Shown: piece by piece, positions 60,792 through 64,000 of the stretch
Layout: each line of letters opens with the position of its first letter
Numbering within the stretch: position 1 is the first letter of the stretch
Source of the DNA: Gekko japonicus
Taxonomy: Eukaryota
Assembly: GCF_001447785.1 (NCBI RefSeq)
Contig: NW_015163611.1
Coordinates: 758,549 to 822,548, forward strand
Reading direction: 5' to 3'
Length of the DNA: 64,000 bases
Program-made: the position numbers and the translations under genes
The notes under the pieces: generated by a model
The model's database searches: none
Seen by the model: only the letters and a program-made list of their open reading frames with translations
Told to the model about the DNA's origin: nothing

Positions 60792-63700
60792 GTAGAGTCT
60801 TTCTCTGTGGCAGGCCTGCACATGCACAGTCCCATGTGTGCCTGCCCAGAAGATCTCTTGCAGAACATCAGTTATAGATAAGTGCAACTATATTTTCTTT
60901 TTTCAATCACAGAAGGTAACTGTGGTTTAAAGTGAATTTGCATATCCTATTTATAGGGGAATTCTGTTAGTATTGATCATGGTCTGCATCTATCCATGTG
61001 CAATACAAAAGCCTGGATAACTCAGGGAAGGGAAGATGAAATCCTCTCATAAGGTGAAGTGTCATGTGTTTGAGGTAGTTCCAACCTTGCTTTTCTGGAA
61101 GCCAGAATTATATCTGCATTTCACTGGATTTCTTATGTCAGAAAATCAGCGTTTTCTTTGAGAGCTGTGGAAATTTTTCTTAAAGCATGTTCTTCATTGA
61201 AAACAAATTTAGACATGGTTTTTAAGTGATCCCATTCCCCCACACATACTCATATTTTAGAAGTTACTCCTCTTAATATTTTACAGTAGCTCTGTTCATT
61301 AACAATGCAGGTTTTTTCCCTTCATGGCACACTTGAATTTCATTTACCTGACAACTGTTAAATTTGTCAGTTCACACACTCCTTCCCCCGTTTCTTGGCT
61401 CCTTGTTCTTTTTCTCTCCGCTGCAAATAGATTTGAAGTAATTTTGAGACTTTTTTTCTTGAAGGATGCCCACACCCTTCGAAGCATGTGGTTTTTGTGG
61501 TCCAGAAGCTCATCTTTAAAGCTAATTATTACACAAGGTTACTACAATACGTGCTTTGGCTGTAAATTGTATAACAATGGACTTAAAAGGTACCAAAAAG
61601 AGCATGAAGTATTGCAGACACTGAGTGCCTCCAAGTTTTGGTCATATGGCAGCCATGGTTCTAGTGACATTTCCATGACCCAACTACATGGGCCAGGGCC
61701 AGTTGTGAAGGTGTTTCCTACTAAACCAGCACCCAATCCCTGATGGGTGCTAACTCTGTGATCTTGACCCACATCATCAGCCCCACCTATGTGGTTGGGT
61801 CATTTAAATATTAACCTGGCTGCACAGTAACCATTCACAGAAAAAAAGAATCCCATGTGGCTAGCAGTAATGCTTAAAGGGCCTTGTAACAGCTGAAATC
61901 AGATCTAGGTTAAATAACCTATCCACTGAACGGTACACATTCTACACTCCCAACGTATCTTGGGGATTATTTCACGATGTGAATAAGAGAGCTTAGTTAA
62001 GCGTAATTAAGGACAGTTCTTACAACTTCCCTAGCAGTATGGCTGCTGCTCATACTTAGTTCTGCCTTACGGGATAAGGTAACAAGCAGTGTATAGAGAA
62101 GCAGCATGCTCAGAACCCAGCCCTTCATGCTTTTTTAACCTAAGCAGGGCCAAATATCCTCGGCAAAGCACTAAAAGTCACAGCTCTTCGAGTTCTGCAG
62201 ATGCTATTGGCCAACACACAACTGGCTCTGTGTATAACACTTGTGGCTAGAAGCTGGCACAACCAGCTGTGCCGCAACAGAATGGCTATGGAAATGTGTT
62301 AGTTTAATATTTCTGTTACCAGCCTGTGGTTTAAATGAGAGGCAGACCTGAGACGTGATGTGGAGAAGAGAAGGAAGCGGCTAGCAGGTTTCTGGACAGC
62401 TCAGAAATTTAACTTTTGATTTCTTTAATTTTTTTTCTCTTTATGCTCTTTTTTCAAATCTTTCTTCTTGAGGTCCATGTTACCAGTTGTCTATGTGTGT
62501 TTAAAACAGAGCAAAAGCCCTAGTTTTCCATTCCTCACCTCTGTAATCGAAAGAGACAATTTTTGTGTCCATGATGTTTATTTAGGATTCCTCTCTTTCT
62601 GGACATCAAGCCAATAAATAGCACAAGTTTTTATGCATCCTCAGCGGCACCCACCCTCTGCCTACATAGTTTCCATTAAAGATCCAATAGTGTTTGCGTA
62701 TAGGATAGTTACGGAATGACAAAGAAACATTATCTCCAGTGCATGATCTCAGGTCCTGCAGTGCTCAAAATCTGATGATATAGGAAATAATTGAAAGTCC
62801 GTACTGTGAGAGTGTTGAAATGTATTTTGACATGAAAATGTAGGTTGGTTCATAAAAGGTTGCGGTGACAATAGCTTATAGTGACAGCTTTTCAACAACT
62901 GTATAAGTGTCCACCAGATGGAAGAGAATTTGGCTTAATGAATTATAGGCAGCCTGGGTAACACAAGCTCCTTTCTAAAAGCAGATCAGAGGGAAGAATA
63001 AAGTTACTCCTACTGGCATGAGTTAAATAGCATCATTGTTATAAATATGAAGTGGGAAAAAATGACTGAAAGACATTAAACGCTTAAAAATTCAGTGGCT
63101 AATGCTAGAGGACCTTTGGACCCTCAGCAGGACTCTGCTCGTCATTGTTCCTTTATTGTCTGATAATGTATGTTGTTGTCAGCAGACACTGGGGGCTGAA
63201 AGCCTTACTGTGTCAAGTTGACAGTGTTATGGTCAGCGTATTCCTTGGAGGCCATTTATTCTAAACTGGGTTGTGCTGAGAAACAATCAAGGATGTCTGT
63301 GTTTGGCACTAGTGTGTAGTTTCTATACAGAGGAAGGGGGGGGGAATGAATCACCGAAATTATTATGTTGGGTTTTTTTGGTTTTGCACAATTTTTGTTC
63401 ATGTGATGGCAGGTAATGGGTTTTATTGTAGATAACGATTTAAGAGAAAGTGCTGGCAATAAAAAGGGAGTTATAAAGTAGTATACTTGGGTGTTTGCTT
63501 TCTTCCAGTTTGGCCAGTATCAAAGGCTGGTTACCCTGTTTATTTGAAAGATAGACTGGGGGGGGTCCTGTTTCTCTGAAAGGAAGATGGGGGGGGTTCC
63601 ACATGGGCCATCAAGAATAAGAGGGGGGCATATTAAATTCACATATAAGTTACAGTTATGTGCAATAATACAAAATAGCATTTGGATATAACCTGTCTTT

Positions 63701-64000
63701 AGAGGGGTTGTTGTCTTACATTCAGAGTCATTGTACCTAGACTACAGGACCGTGGGCAGAGACCCTGTGCCCTGCAGTGTTCCTTGGCCTTCCAATTTCC
63801 AGGCTAGTGACAAAAAGTTGTAGCACCAGTGACAACAGAACTTGCTAGTAGGAGGTCATTTTGTGAGATAAGGGGGTTGACTAGAGTTGCTGGCTCTGGG
63901 ATGGGAAGTCCCTGAAGATTTTGGGGGTGGAGCCTGGGGAAGGCGGGGTTTGGGGAGGGGAAGGACCTCAGAAGGGTACAATGCCATAGAGTCTGGCCTC

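Larger units (their letters stand above)
56081..60897 (+). mobile_element. Second DIRS1-type element (different family), heavily decayed
   Basis: Left ITR about 56081-56270, right ITR about 60382-60897, ICR about 60249-60332. Gag finger (CVLCLGESH), RT start (GFFSRYFL..K.G..HPILDLR.LNK...LDLKD), YR (ITS..RVSEL, FIPKV, AHSTR). Confidence 0.9.

Noticed and set aside
60495-60881. Two opposite-strand ORFs with nearly identical peptides
   Set aside because: A direct consequence of the MITE palindrome.

Overview
Eukaryotic, repeat-rich, apparently non-coding (intronic or intergenic) DNA from a squamate reptile. The SINE/MITE repertoire looks gecko-like (inference), and there are two N gaps. I recognise no host protein-coding gene; every convincing ORF is transposon-derived. 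Main elements: (1) a chromodomain-bearing Gypsy LTR retrotransposon (8554-12689, 5-bp TSD GCCTG) whose 5' LTR is reduced to 13 bp; (2) two DIRS1-type tyrosine-recombinase retrotransposons (35434-38932 and about 56081-60897) with inverted terminal repeats and an internal complementary region, the first keeping RT/RNase H/methyltransferase-like/YR domains, the second decayed and carrying nested insertions; (3) a nearly intact L2 LINE ORF2 on the minus strand; (4) fragments of BovB/RTE, L1, CR1, L2 and Penelope; (5) Sauria, tRNA-derived, CORE-type and 5S-rRNA-derived SINEs; (6) several hAT MITEs with 8-bp TSDs and one near-perfect palindromic MITE with a 3-bp TSD. The unique DNA between them contains enhancer- or promoter-like motif clusters and a few unverified candidate small exons. 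I found no well-supported new biological system; the findings are mostly structural oddities of known element classes.
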